A DNA stretch of 64,000 nt from Octopus sinensis (lineage: Eukaryota): NCBI RefSeq assembly GCF_006345805.1, contig NC_043001.1, positions 87,730,001 through 87,794,000 of the forward strand, read 5' to 3'. The position numbers and the translations under genes are program-made. This document shows, piece after piece, positions 23,923 through 37,544 of the stretch; the first letter of the stretch is position 1, and the number at the start of each line of letters is the position of its first letter. A model generated the notes under the pieces. It did not search any database, had not been told where the DNA came from, and saw only the letters and a list, made by a program, of their open reading frames with translations.

Positions 23923-26900
23923 ATCCTGTACTGTTTGCACTGCATGTCAAATCCATATAAGCAGAATATTTTGTTTTTTTCTTCCCCATATATATATATG
24001 TATGTATGTATGTATATTTCAAATATATGTTAGTAAAGATGTACATGCAAAACTTGCAGTTTAATTCTTGTGTCAGTTAATAGTAAAAGGTAAATGTATG
24101 TTTTAAAATAGAGAGTTTCTAGGAAATCTAATATAAAAACTTGAAACGAAAGCATGGAAATTTACTAGAAAATAATTATATAAATAAAACAATTAAAACA
24201 AAAACGAACTTGAAATTTGAGATTTAAAAGTTTTCTCTCATTCTTATAAAAAAAACAAAACAAATTTGAAATAAATTATTTCTTCTCTTTTATATGAAAT
24301 ATATTCACATTTCTATTCTCCAAATACCTTATATTTACTTGTTGGTATTTTAACTATCTCTTAATTCATCCTGCAAATTATTTATTTAAAAACTATTTTC
24401 CCTGTTTTCATAGGAAATAAGATTATTTAATGATTAAGAAAGCAATGAAAGACCACTCCTCTCCACTTTGCTTTGAGATTAAAAATTGATCTCGTATTGG
24501 TATGTGTGATAACATCCATATATGTAGCAGTATAGAATCTTAAGTCGAGAGACACATATGGTGCTGAATTGACAGGGGACTGTGTACAATTAGCTCCTAT
24601 CACTGGTTTTGTGATGTGTCTATGACCTAGAAGCTCAAATTTCAATAGGAGATTCTTTATGTGGTCTTCAACCTGCTAAAAGTATATTCTGATTCTCCTT
24701 TAAATTACATCTTACCATCTTAAAAAAGGGAATTACACATTGGCTGATGCAACTTTAGACACACCCTTTATCCAAATGTAAGATTGGATAATCATAACTA
24801 GAACATCTCTGATCATAGGTGTGTTTTATCAGAGCTGACCTGGTACTCAACAACACAGTCTTGCTTTCAGTTCTATCACCATCATTATCATTCTAATGTT
24901 GATAGAAAAGGAAGCCATCACAGGTATGAATAATGATCCAGTTGTGGGATACTTGTGGCTCCCTTCACTAGATCACTATGCAAGCCATAAGTAAAACACA
25001 CCAAAACACTCTACACTTGTATGCATGTGTATTCTTTTGTATTTTCATCATTGCATATTATAGTTTCTATTAGTTGTAATATGATGTCAGGTACATGTAA
25101 TGAGATAGTTGAAGGATACCTGTGCCTTCGCATGATTGATTATACGTCAAGACTAACACATGCACACGTGTGTCATTGTATGTGTGTATGTCTCTCTCTC
25201 TCTGATTCTTATTGCTCTTACTGTGCACACAATAAGTCCTGTGATGATGGTGTTTAAACATAGAGTGATGATGGCATTGAAAATTGACCACAACAACAAT
25301 GACATTAACAGGAATGTTAAAAAAGAACATAAACTAAAGTATGATAATGATGATGACAATGATGACAATGATTATGATGATGACGACGATGATGATGATG
25401 ATGATGATGATGATGACGATGACGACGATGAAGAAGTAGTTGCAGTCGAGGTGAAAAAACAACAGCCACTGTGTTTGCTATATCAGCACGTTTTTGCTGT
25501 TGGTAATAAGGTGGAGATGGTGTCGTAGGATTGATAGATATAAGGTGACAGATCTATTCTAGACATACAGTCAGGTTGTATGTGCATGAAAGAGAGTAAA
25601 ACAAAATAACAAAAGAACATGAGTTGAAGAACAGATGATGATGATGATGATCTTGATGATTATTGCGGTTGTGGTGGCAGTAGTGGCAGTGGCTATTAAT
25701 ATGATAATGACGACGGCAAAGATGGTGGTGAGTGTAGGGGTGAAATTTACTAGAGAGAGAAAAAGTAAAGATCTTATTCTTTATGTGGCCCAACAATCAA
25801 CAAGATGCTAAGTTTCAGGCAATAGTGATATCCCTGTTTCTTATCATATACTATGAGTATATCTTCACTTAGGAAATTTCTGAAGAACTACATCCCTTCT
25901 CCAACATGCTCCCTTATCTACCCCCACTCCACCCCAATTATTTCACTTAAATTAACATCATGTGGAAAGACATGAATATGACGACTTCCTATTTGTATGT
26001 CATGTTATTCTCCATCTTCAAATTAAAATTAACGAAACCACGAGTGAACATTTGACAATATGTTATGTTATGTGTCTTGCTCAGAGAAAATTTTAACGCA
26101 GAACCTGAACGATTAAGTTTATTCTATCTTCATTTTTCATTAATCCCTTCCGTAGCTCAATTTCTAGCTTTCTTATCACAAGTTAAACAGTATTTGCTGA
26201 TGGGTAATAAAATATAACTCAGTTATGTCCCTTTACAACATTACCGTTATAGTGTTATAAAGTACTCTTTTTTTTTTGTTTTTTACCTTTTTATATTTAG
26301 ATAAAAGTAATTTTAGTATCTGAGGAGGAAAAGTGAGTGTCTATAGCTTTTCCATGTGTATTTTTAACTAAAATCTAGGAACTGCTGAGTAAGGTCTGTT
26401 AGAAGTATAGTTACTGTTCAGGAGACATGTTTGAAAAATCATGGGTTAAAAGACAGTCATGAAATAAACATAAATAAATGAATTATAAAAAAGCTGGAAT
26501 AAAAAATAGCCACTTTTGGGAGAGTAAAATAGTGTCTTAATCAACTATTTTCCACTTTCTAAGCAAACAAAGGAAGATGGTGAATGGTGAAGTAAAAAAT
26601 AAATTTTTACATTCATTTGAACAGTGAATACTCAAAATTGAATACAAAACAAAACTGTTTATCAAATTATACAGTGAACATTAAGTATAAAGTTTAGGTG
26701 AATAATTTGTCAATATTTCAGTCAAAAGTGAAGAGGCAATAAAATTTATATCTAATTTCCTCCACTTTCCTCTTTCTACTCTTTCCTCCTCTCCTTTTTC
26801 TTTCTTATCCCCTCCTTCTCATTTTGACCAATAAGCAATCTTTTAACTTAATTAACAATGTTAACACAATGGTCAATCAAAGCACCTTTGACTATTTGTA

Positions 26901-27192
26901 ATTCTGACTAAAAGGTATTGGTTTACAACAGAAAGTTCTACAGAAAATAACAATGGTTTTGATTACTTTATTGTATAAACGATTTCATATATTTTTGACA
27001 TATTGTTATTTGTCAAAAAGAATTCAGTTTATAAAGTACCACTTACGAAAGAATCATAATTATTCTATATCTCTGCATGTTTCCATGCTTCTCTCTCATT
27101 TCTACATGCATGCATACATACATACATACATACATACATACATAATATATACCTAAGTACATACATATATGCATACGTAAGTACATACATAC

Positions 27193-27223
<31 letters not shown>

Positions 27224-27416
27224 TGTATGTATATATATGCATACACACACACACACACACACATACTTAGAGTTGCGATCATGATTGGAATCTGATGAAT
27301 GGAAATGTGAAACTCTGAGTTACAGTTCTGTGATGTATTTGCAGCTTTAATTACTCTACCTTCAGTATTCAAGTACTATTTTCTACCACCTTGTTTTGCA
27401 TATATGTGCTTACTCA

Positions 27417-27470
<54 letters not shown>

Positions 27471-28314
27471 ATGGGACTTAAATGAACACTTGTATTTATC
27501 CTTATTTTTCCAACACACACACACATGTGAGTTTGTATATATATATATATATATATATGTACACACATATGCATGCATACATACATACATACATACATAC
27601 ATATAAAGAATAATATGCTATATGTATGTATGTTATTATAATTATCAGTTTAATAAATAAGTAAGTTAACATTTTTAATGTCCAAAAGTTGATGAACCAC
27701 CTATTGTTCTCCGCCATTTTCTTATTTGCGAGATATATATGTATATATATACATATATGTACATACAGACACACACACACACACAAACACACAATTATTC
27801 TTTCTTTCTCAACCCAATATATCCTGACGGATGGCGTGGGGGGAATCTGACATAACTCACACCACTGTTTAGTTGACCACAAAACTAAAATGTTTATGCA
27901 AGACAAACAGTTGTCTACTTGACAATTCCATGTTTATAATAAAAAGTTTCTTTATAACCACTTAAACAGAACAGCAGTAGTATTCTATGTTTTTTTCTTT
28001 ACAAACTATCTCAGCAATTGCTATGACATTTTATATATATTTTTAATTCTCCTTAGTTTATTATATTATAATAGCCTGAAATATCAGTTTGTTTTAGATT
28101 TCTAAATTTTGACATTTGTGTAAATCTCTTTGGTGTCTTGAATAGTTTTTGTAATTTTTTTTTATTAAAAAAATTTTTTTTTTGTTTTAAAATTTCCCCC
28201 TCATCTGACGCAAATTCAAAAATTTAGTGTTAGATGGTGTTTGTTTGAATATATGTCGACATAATACATATATACATACATACATACACACATATGTTAA
28301 ATGATGATGAGGAT

Positions 28315-28379
<65 letters not shown>

Positions 28380-28954
28380 GATTTAGAAATAGAAAGTACT
28401 TGGTATGGTATTATGTATTTGAAAAAATGAGTAAGAATGGCTTTTTTTAAAATAATTTATTCAGTTTGATAATTAAATGTTCATAAATCAATGGAAAAAT
28501 TATCCAAAGAGCCATTCCTATTCAATTTTTTCAAATGTAAATATAAATATAGATATACATGCATACATACATACATAGACATATATATATGAACACACAC
28601 ACACACACACACACCACACACACACACACACATGCACAAACACACAGAGCAGTTGGCATATTTCATTCCATAATGGTTATATGAGAGCAGGGTTACATAA
28701 TTGGATTGTTACATAATACTCTGTTGAATCCCTCGTGTGAAACCAATTGGTAGGATCAGCTGTAATGTGTATATAATACTGTACACTTTGATTAATATAT
28801 ATATATATATACAATATATATATATATATTATATATATTATATATATATATATTATATATGTATACTCTTTTACTCTTTTACTCATTTCAGCCATCCGGC
28901 TGAGGCCATGCTGGGGCACCGCCCTTGTTGCTACCCTCTCTAAGTCCAGTTTGC

Positions 28955-29235
28955 CGTGGCTGGCCACTGATCTAAGAGAGAGTTTGTAGCTGCTGCCCTT
29001 AGGTTACCTTCGTACCTTGCAGTGGGTTCATCTGGGATCCCGGAAAGCAGCTTGTCTAGATGTTTTTTGAAAATGTCCACATCCGCATCATGTAGATCTC
29101 TTAGTTTTCTTGGCAGTTTGTTGAACAGCTGAGGGCCCCTGAACCCCAGGCTATTACAGTATCTGCTCCTTACCCTGGATGTGGAAGACGGGACCTTTGG
29201 CACCACACAGTGACGTCCTGTACGGGGATTTGAAC
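28955..29235 (-). mobile_element. CR1/L2-like LINE 3' fragment
   Basis: [17 protein letters not shown]....FKKHLDKLLSGIPDEP...RAAATNSLLDQ is a typical ORF2 C-terminus. Confidence 0.75.
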
Positions 29236-29239
29236 AGCT

Positions 29240-29309
29240 CTCAATTCCAAGTATATGTATATATATATGTATATAATATATATATATATCTATATATATA
29301 TATGTATAT

Positions 29310-29340
<31 letters not shown>

Positions 29341-29423
29341 GTATATATGTATATATGTATATTATATATAATATATATATATGTATGTATGTATATATTA
29401 TATATGTATATATATATGTATAT

Positions 29424-29469
<46 letters not shown>

Positions 29470-29482
29470 CATACATACATAT

Positions 29483-29514
<32 letters not shown>

Positions 29515-29515
29515 C

Positions 29516-29555
<40 letters not shown>

Positions 29556-30141
29556 TATATATATATTATATATAATATATATATATATCTCTATATATAA
29601 ACGGCAGTTTGTCTGTGCGTGTTTCTGTGTGTCTGTTTGCTTGTACCCTCACCCTGACCACGGCTTTCAACCGATTCTGATGAAACTTGACACACACATA
29701 GCCCAATGTCATAATTCAAAACTAACGCAGCGAAAATTTTGAAAAGTTCCCCCAGTTCTGAAAAAAATCGATAAATTCGACATGGGGTCGAGAATCAGAA
29801 ACACAAACCGCAAACTGTCTAGGGGACGCAACTCCACCTTTTTTAACTAAAAAAAATTTACTATCATTTTTTCCATTTTTTTGCTATTTTTTGGCTATAA
29901 CTCTCTAAAAATGCTTTATAGTTATTTCCCTTACAAACCTGAGCAACGCCGGGCGATACTGCTAGTATGTGTATATATATATGTATATATATATATAATA
30001 TATATTATATATATGTATATAATATATATATGTATAATATATATATATATATATGTGTATATATATATTGTATATATATATATATATATGTAATATATAT
30101 ATATGTATAATATATATGTAATATATATGTATATATATATA

Positions 30142-30181
<40 letters not shown>

Positions 30182-30319
30182 ATATATATAATATATATAT
30201 ATATATATTATGTATATATATATATATATTGTATGTATATATATATATATATATATATTATATATGTATATATATAGTATATATATATATATATATATAA
30301 GATATATATATATATATAT

Positions 30320-30387
<68 letters not shown>

Positions 30388-30491
30388 ATATATATATACA
30401 TATATATATATATATATTATATATATTATATATATATATATATTATATATACATACATATATATATATATAATATATATATATATTATATA

Positions 30492-30524
<33 letters not shown>

Positions 30525-30561
30525 ATATATACATATTATATATATATATATATATATATAC

Positions 30562-30623
<62 letters not shown>

Positions 30624-30656
30624 ATATACATATATATACATATATATCTATATATA

Positions 30657-30692
<36 letters not shown>

Positions 30693-30701
30693 CGTATATA
30701 T

Positions 30702-30777
<76 letters not shown>

Positions 30778-30785
30778 ATATACGT
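29240..30785. repeat. Long imperfect (TA)n tract, ~1.1 kb in two blocks around Helitron E
   Basis: Almost pure TA with sporadic C/G; source of many spurious Tyr-Ile ORFs. Confidence 0.97.
29588..29965 (+). mobile_element. Non-autonomous Helitron (copy E) within a TA-rich tract
   Basis: a|TCtctatatataaacgg start. The last ~110 bp closely match copies A/B. Ends gagcaacgccgggcgatactgCTAG|t. Confidence 0.82.
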
Positions 30786-31808
30786 ACTTTTGTTGTTTTA
30801 CTTCTTTCAATCATAGAACTGCAAATCTATGCCCATACAATTTATCTTCTAGAAGGGTTTAGTTGATTATATTGACCATATATTTTATTTTTAAGCTTGG
30901 TACTTACTGTATTAGTCTTCTTTTGCCAAACTTCTAAGTTACTGGGATGTAGACAAGCCAAACATCAGCCCGTTTGTGATAAATATCTAAAAGTTTTTTT
31001 AACTATTCTATGTTTGATCATTTTGGAAGTTGCAGGTAATTGTAGCTAGTTGATATATCTGTCATAGGAAGATCATGAATATGGGAAACATTAGAGTAAC
31101 AGATTAAATGCAATGTGGAATTTAGTTATTTAGTCTGTTTATGTTCTGAATTCAGATCCTGTGAGGCTTTATTCCTACCTATCATTCTTCTAAGATGGAT
31201 AAAGCAAATACCAATCAATAATGGATTGATTTATTTGACTCTACCTTAAAAAACCAAACACAAAAACAAAACAAAGAAAAATAGCTTGGTCTTGTGCCTA
31301 TGTTAAAAACCTATAGATATCACATACATATACTGAAATATTTCCCCTGTAAATACCTTTATTGCATTTTGTTCAGTTTTGTATGCCTTATTTTATAAAT
31401 AAACTTTGTTGAAATAATAACTTAATATGTAATTATTCTCTCGTGTGTCACTATCTTAGCCACTAGTTAGAATAAAGGTTTCAGAATAAATATGTATTTA
31501 AAACCAAGTTTTGTAGTACCTTGAAGTATCATAATTTGTTTCTGAACCAATATTTCTGTTTACCCACGTAATTTTGCTATGACATTGTACTGTATCCTCC
31601 AAACTTCACTCGGCAAGAAGGTTATGTGTTTTTAAATATGCAAAATTTGGTTAAGTGAACTGACTTCTTTAGTTTTAAAGGTGTGTTTGGTGCAAATAGA
31701 AACATATATATATTTATATCAACATGCATACTCTCACACATAAACACACACACACACGTACAGATGTGCAGGCATACACACAAACATGTATACATACATA
31801 TATATACG

Positions 31809-31870
<62 letters not shown>

Positions 31871-31951
31871 GCTATCTATCTATCTATCTATACGAGTGAG
31901 TAGACAAACGAAATAAGGGCACTCAATGCATTTATTGGGAGTTACATGTAT

Positions 31952-32098
31952 GGATCAAAATAATTTGATTCAAACTCCTTCGCACTCTGAGTTTCAAGTG
32001 TGTCGCTAGTCTTCGGCTGTCGAGGTCTAATAGCCGAAGACTAGTGACACACTTGAAACTCAGAATACCAAGGAGTTTGAATCAAACAGTTTTGATCC
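31952..32098. repeat. Fold-back palindrome, ~67-bp arms, 13-nt spacer
   Basis: ggatcaaaa...cttcggct / agccgaag...ttttgatcc. Confidence 0.93.
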
Positions 32099-32654
32099 TT
32101 AATTTTATATATATATTTTCTGAAATTTGATTTAGTATTTCTAAATTGAATTTTTTCCCTGTAAGTTAGGAATAATATTTCCTCAAATAATTATTACATA
32201 TATATATATATATATTCTGTAAATCATTTATCCGAAAGAGAAGCACCTGCCTCACCGGAAGTACATTTTACTACCGATTAGTTCAATAACTGATATGCAG
32301 TAAGAGTCCTCATCTATAGTTCGTCTTTTACCATCTCGTAAAATGGCCGCTGCCTTTGTAAAGGTCTGATAACTGCAAATTCCGATAGTTTTTTCAATTC
32401 TAGGTAGAATTTGTGTTGGAACCGATAAGATATAATTATGATTTTTAGCATAACCACAAAACTGCAACTTAATGATGAAGAAATAGTTTATTAAAATCTA
32501 CTTTAATATTCAATTAAGACTTATTTTACCAACCTCAATATGTTTGAACACAGAACGGAAATATACGTAACTGAATACAGCTAGACATTTTGTTCAATGT
32601 TTCACTAATCGTGCCATTTGCAGCTGTTGTATTCATATTAACAGCAGTAATAAA

Positions 32655-34085
32655 ATGGAAGCGATGATATCACTACTACAGCACGATATCCCATTCATTG
32701 ATGACGTCATAGTTGAAAGTAAATTGTTATTATTAAATCATTTAGTTTCATTTCTCTACATTGAGGATAAACTTCAGGTGACCAGAATGAATAACACGGA
32801 AAATGATATGTTTTCGAGTTGTTATGGAAATCTCTGCTCACAACCTGAAGACATGGTTGATCTAGATGTTCTAAATGAGGAATTACACAAAACTACAGGA
32901 CTAAATGAATGCAAGAATTTTACAGAAGATAATATTGGACATATTGATTCTCGAGACGACGATCGCAAAAATGCTACTGATAATCATATTGGTAATGTGA
33001 AGGAAATGATTCAAATAGATGTTAAGGAAGGCCAAAACCATGACCAGTTAAACGATGATGATGAAACAGCAAAACATGACTATTCAAAAGACGAGAAAAC
33101 TAAGAGATATTGTGTATGTGAAGTAGCAGACGATAAGAAGGTGTATGTAAACAACAGATTGAAATGTAAGACACTGAATGGAGAAAAGTCTGTCAGCCCT
33201 GACAACCATCCATTTAAATTGAACAAGAGAAACGCAAAATTAGATAACTCTTTACCAAAGAAAGACAGGGAAAGTTTTGCAATGAACAAAAACTGGATAA
33301 TCAAAGGAGGAAAAATAAATTCGATATCAAAAATAAACCCACATCGCATTAATACAGCCACGGAAATGATTCAAAATAGTAAGACAAATTTAACTTACTC
33401 GTTGTTTTATATTCCGAAATGTTCAAGAAAGGAACAACTAGAAAATAATGATGAAATTTCGTCAACTAGAAGACCATTTGAGGAATGCCAAAATTTCACA
33501 ACACACGAACCCCACCTCAGTATGTCGTCATGTGAATACAGCATTTCGTTGGTAGACATGTCATATAAAAGATCTGTAAGAAAAACAGCTTATCCTCCCA
33601 GAAGAATTTCTGAAAACAAAGTTTCAGCGCCTCTGAGACGTCAGAGGTTTTCATATCCACAAAATAATAATTCAGCAAGCCCAAAATCCAAGCAAGGCCG
33701 TTCACGTTCACAGCAATATACTGAATTAGAAGATTTAGAGAAACTTGCGGAATTAGTGGCACCTCGCTCTACTCCAGACATACCTGTACTATATAGTCCA
33801 CAATATGCACCAGAATATTATGTCGATATAAACCCATATTCACGTCGCGGTACACGACGGCGGTCACGAAAATCACTGGAGAATCACTATTATGTAGTGG
33901 CACCACAGCCATATCAATGTGTACCAGAATATCATCTCGATATAGAGCCAGAATATATTCTTGAGGTAGGGCCAGAATTTTGTCTTGATGTCGAGCCAGA
34001 ATATCCACGGCGAGTTTCACAGAAATTTGCTACATCACATATATCAAATGTACAAGAACCCCCCCCCCCCCATCACTTCACATAA
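32655..34085 (+). CDS. Uncharacterised repeat-protein family, paralog 1 (476 aa; conserved internal ATG at 32787)
   Basis: 1.4-kb stop-free frame in AT-rich DNA, colinear with three other ORFs over ~330 aa. C-terminal part diverged, with YxPEYxxDxxP repeats. Confidence 0.8.
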   Translation: MEAMISLLQHDIPFIDDVIVESKLLLLNHLVSFLYIEDKLQVTRMNNTENDMFSSCYGNLCSQPEDMVDLDVLNEELHKTTGLNECKNFTEDNIGHIDSRDDDRKNATDNHIGNVKEMIQIDVKEGQNHDQLNDDDETAKHDYSKDEKTKRYCVCEVADDKKVYVNNRLKCKTLNGEKSVSPDNHPFKLNKRNAKLDNSLPKKDRESFAMNKNWIIKGGKINSISKINPHRINTATEMIQNSKTNLTYSLFYIPKCSRKEQLENNDEISSTRRPFEECQNFTTHEPHLSMSSCEYSISLVDMSYKRSVRKTAYPPRRISENKVSAPLRRQRFSYPQNNNSASPKSKQGRSRSQQYTELEDLEKLAELVAPRSTPDIPVLYSPQYAPEYYVDINPYSRRGTRRRSRKSLENHYYVVAPQPYQCVPEYHLDIEPEYILEVGPEFCLDVEPEYPRRVSQKFATSHISNVQEPPPPHHFT

Positions 34086-35236
34086 GCATTTCCTCAGAAA
34101 GGCAGCGGCCAAATTACGATAAAATACGAGGTACATATCATTGTCGTCACTGGTCTTTACTACAGAGTACAGATCCAATGGTTTTGCAAGCCTTTAGAAG
34201 GATAAATTAAACAGTAGTTTACGTAGCCAGGACTGAATACAAACCATGGAGAGCCCAGGCTACTTGAAATTCAGTGGGACCGTCATGCACAAGAATTAGT
34301 TTTGGAAATTTAGCAAATATTTATTAGAACGTATCTATTGCATGTAATTGAATTTAACGAGTTAGTAGAGAAGGCTTAAATAAATGACTGAAAATGTCTC
34401 TGTATACACGAAACTGTCTCTGTATACATTTTTCTCACACATTCACTTGCAGTGTTTGATTTTTCCTTCATTGTGAAAAATACACTGGAGGAGGGAAGAA
34501 GTGGGATAGAATACGATAAAATGATAGAAAATTACGTAACAGAAAAATACTGTATATCATTTTAATGGTTGTTGTTGCAAAGCCACGATGAGGGAGTCTG
34601 TGGGTGAGTGGGGGGAAGACAAACATTTGAAAGGTATTAATTTAAACAAAATTTGTTTTAAAAAAATGAAAGGGAAAATCCTCACTAAAACGGGGAAATT
34701 CCAACATATATGGGACAGCTTTTCCGAAAGTCTGTTTTTTCACTTTTAAGGAGTGACGGGGTACAATGAGTAATAGTTACCGCATTTTTGACTTGAGGAA
34801 AAAAATAGTTTTATAAATATTCATTACCTAACAAAAACTACATGAGCTAAGCAAATGATCTTTTCTAAATGCATTAATATACTATAACATTCAGAATACT
34901 ATTTCGGAAACCTATCTCCGCTCTCTTTGAGTATATAAAAGACAAATTTAGATGGGGCAAAATGAGTAAGACAAGATGAGGTAAATTTGTCTTTAAATTT
35001 TCGAGAATAACATTTGAAAAGAAAACCTCATACTCATCAATTTCCCCTCTTAGACACTAGAAAGATCAGAAATTCAACAAAAATTTTAAATCTATAGGTC
35101 AAATGAAGGAAAATCATGGAAAAATGACAGGATGTGAAATAACGAAACTCGACTAGATTAAAAAATCTCAACATAAAATATTCTCTATAGCTTCTATATG
35201 ATCTATTGGAGTAGCTCTCGGCAGAATTCTAGTTTA

Positions 35237-35656
35237 AGCACCCCATATAACCTCTCATAACCTCGTTTTATTTTTTAGAATTTTCAAAACATTTTTGAGA
35301 ATTTGTATTCTACATACTGCAATTCATGCAAATACAAAAAAAAAAATTCTTTTAATTTTTCGAATTAAAAAAAAATCAGTTTTAAATACGGACAGTCAAA
35401 ACTTTTGGCTTAAATCACAGCAACAGACCATTAAATGTGTCTATGGAGAGAAAAATTTTGAAAAACATCAAGACGTCAGAGTGACAAACAAACGAGGTGG
35501 TTACCAGGTGGTCTTGAGATGTGCTAAAAATAACAGCTAAATAGCCCTTAAATCATACATGTTTTTTTCATAGTCGTATAAATTCCCGTATGTAGAATAC
35601 AAATTCGCAAAACTTTTCTGAAATAAAAAAAGTTATGAGGGTTTATATGGGGTGCT
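35237..35656. mobile_element. MITE with agcaccccatataacc TIRs; orthologous copies at 44217-44628, 51758-52092, 63080-63529
   Basis: Long imperfect TIRs, TA flanks, same position downstream of all four paralogs. Confidence 0.8.
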
Positions 35657-35859
35657 TTATTCAGACTGGCTCTTGAAAATTATCAAACTGGGCATTAATG
35701 GGGGGAAAATTAATGGGCAGTACAACAGAAAAAAGAATATTGATTGTTAAACTAAAAAAATTACACTTGATAACAAATTTCAATTTTTTTTTTTAGGTTT
35801 GGTATCTAAATTTCTGATATCTAAATTTCCCTATCACGTCCAGGTTTTGTGTCCCATTT

Positions 35860-36900
35860 TAAAATAAGATTCAAGCATGTTTTCTACGATTTCACGATGG
35901 CTTTCAGCTTTGTGGTTTCCAAGAAAAGTTTTGACACCTTCAACAAAAGATGTCCATGCTCCTAGTTCATTCCCATTTAGTTTAGAGAGAAACGATGGGT
36001 TGTGGATGACACTGCAGTTCTATGATCCAGTGAAAACTCCCGCTGCTAGATTTGCATATGTCAATATCCTTTTGAATTTATTCTTTAAATATTAGAAGCC
36101 ACTACCTTATCATCCATAACCTTCACGAAATTTTTCGTAAGGCCAAGCTTAATGTGAAGTAGTGGAATATGTACTTTCTAAGAGTCAATAAGTGCTGGGT
36201 GTTTCATATTTTGTTTATCAACAGCACGTTCAGTTCTAGGTGGCCAATCATGTTTTTTGTAGTGGTTCTTGTCACCTCTGCTGTTCCATAGACATAAAAA
36301 TCATATATGCATTGTTTTGCCCAACTGTAACCCAAGAAATACTGATACAACTTTAAGGGTGCTACAAATATTACATATGTGGTCTTTATATTTAATGAGT
36401 CATAACAGCAGTTCCATTGATTCATAAGTCTCATTAAGGCCAGTGGCATGTGCTACAAGTTTTGAAGGTTTCTTCATTGTTGCTGTGCAGTAATACAGCT
36501 TTAATGATTGCCTTGCTAGAGTCAGTGAACAATCTCCATTCTTTTGGCCAATGATATCGTGGCAGAAAACAAATATTTTCCTCCTGTGAGTAAAATGACG
36601 AAAACTGCAGATGGTGACGGCGTAAATGCGAAAGTTTGGAGTTTGGTTGGAGAAAATTCTATTTTTGAAGTCTGGAACCGAGCAACTCTGTTTTTTCTTT
36701 TGGTAATTCCAAATCGCTCACTAAGTCATTTAACATCTACTTGACTTAACAAATGTGGTGAACAAGTTGCATCTGGAACATACACGCCATCATTGCCTAT
36801 TTCTATATCATGAGCAGAATCTTCAGATGAACTGCTGTCTTCCACAACCGCTCAACTGGATTGTCACGTAGCGACTGACAGTTGCCATCTCCGGATAAAT
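35860..36900 (-). mobile_element. Chapaev-type (CMC group) transposase remnant
   Basis: Minus strand gives PHLLSQVD.NDLVSDLELPKEKTELLGSRLQK, LFTDSSKAIIKAVLLH and KTFLGNHKA; many stops. Family naming from memory of these motifs. Confidence 0.72.
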
Positions 36901-37544
36901 TTTATTAACCAAACTCGTTAGTATTTGTATATAGTTGGCAAACAAAAATTGCTTCAAGCTTGAAAAGCATGTTTCATCTTACTAGCATTAACACGATTAA
37001 AACCAAAATCTAGACGTGGTAGTAAATTTTACTAAGTGATTTGCATTTTACACAAAATCTAGAGTGATAGAAAAAATATAATTATAGGTTTGAAATCAGC
37101 AAACCGAGATTAAAATCTTTGTTGCTAGTGTTATCTAGATATTTGGTTATCAGCCTCAATTACAACTGGGTCAAAGTTGAGGAAACATTTCTTGAAAAAA
37201 AGTACATGTTACCTGACTATGTTTCAAACTCTGTCAACTGCAACAACAACTACTGTAGTAACCAATGTTTACATCTAAAACATCCCAAAGGAATTAATTG
37301 GATAACTGCTTCGGAACTGGGGCGCAAACTGTTAATTGTATGAATTGGTGTCATTAATGTGAATAAATCTATGGTTATTTATCAAACAATAGGATCCATT
37401 ACATTTTAAAAATATGTTTGTATATTGAAGGAAAGTTTCTGCATGCAAGATGACTGGGAGGTGGGGAATTATTGAATTGCGTACTCCATACCCTTCATAG
37501 CAGGGGCCTCCGACATCGAGGATGGTCCGGGGCAATTGCTCACC

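Noticed and set aside
27820-27905. Short GC-richer island that might be an exon on the minus strand
   Set aside because: No recognisable protein motif or partner exon; cannot be supported.
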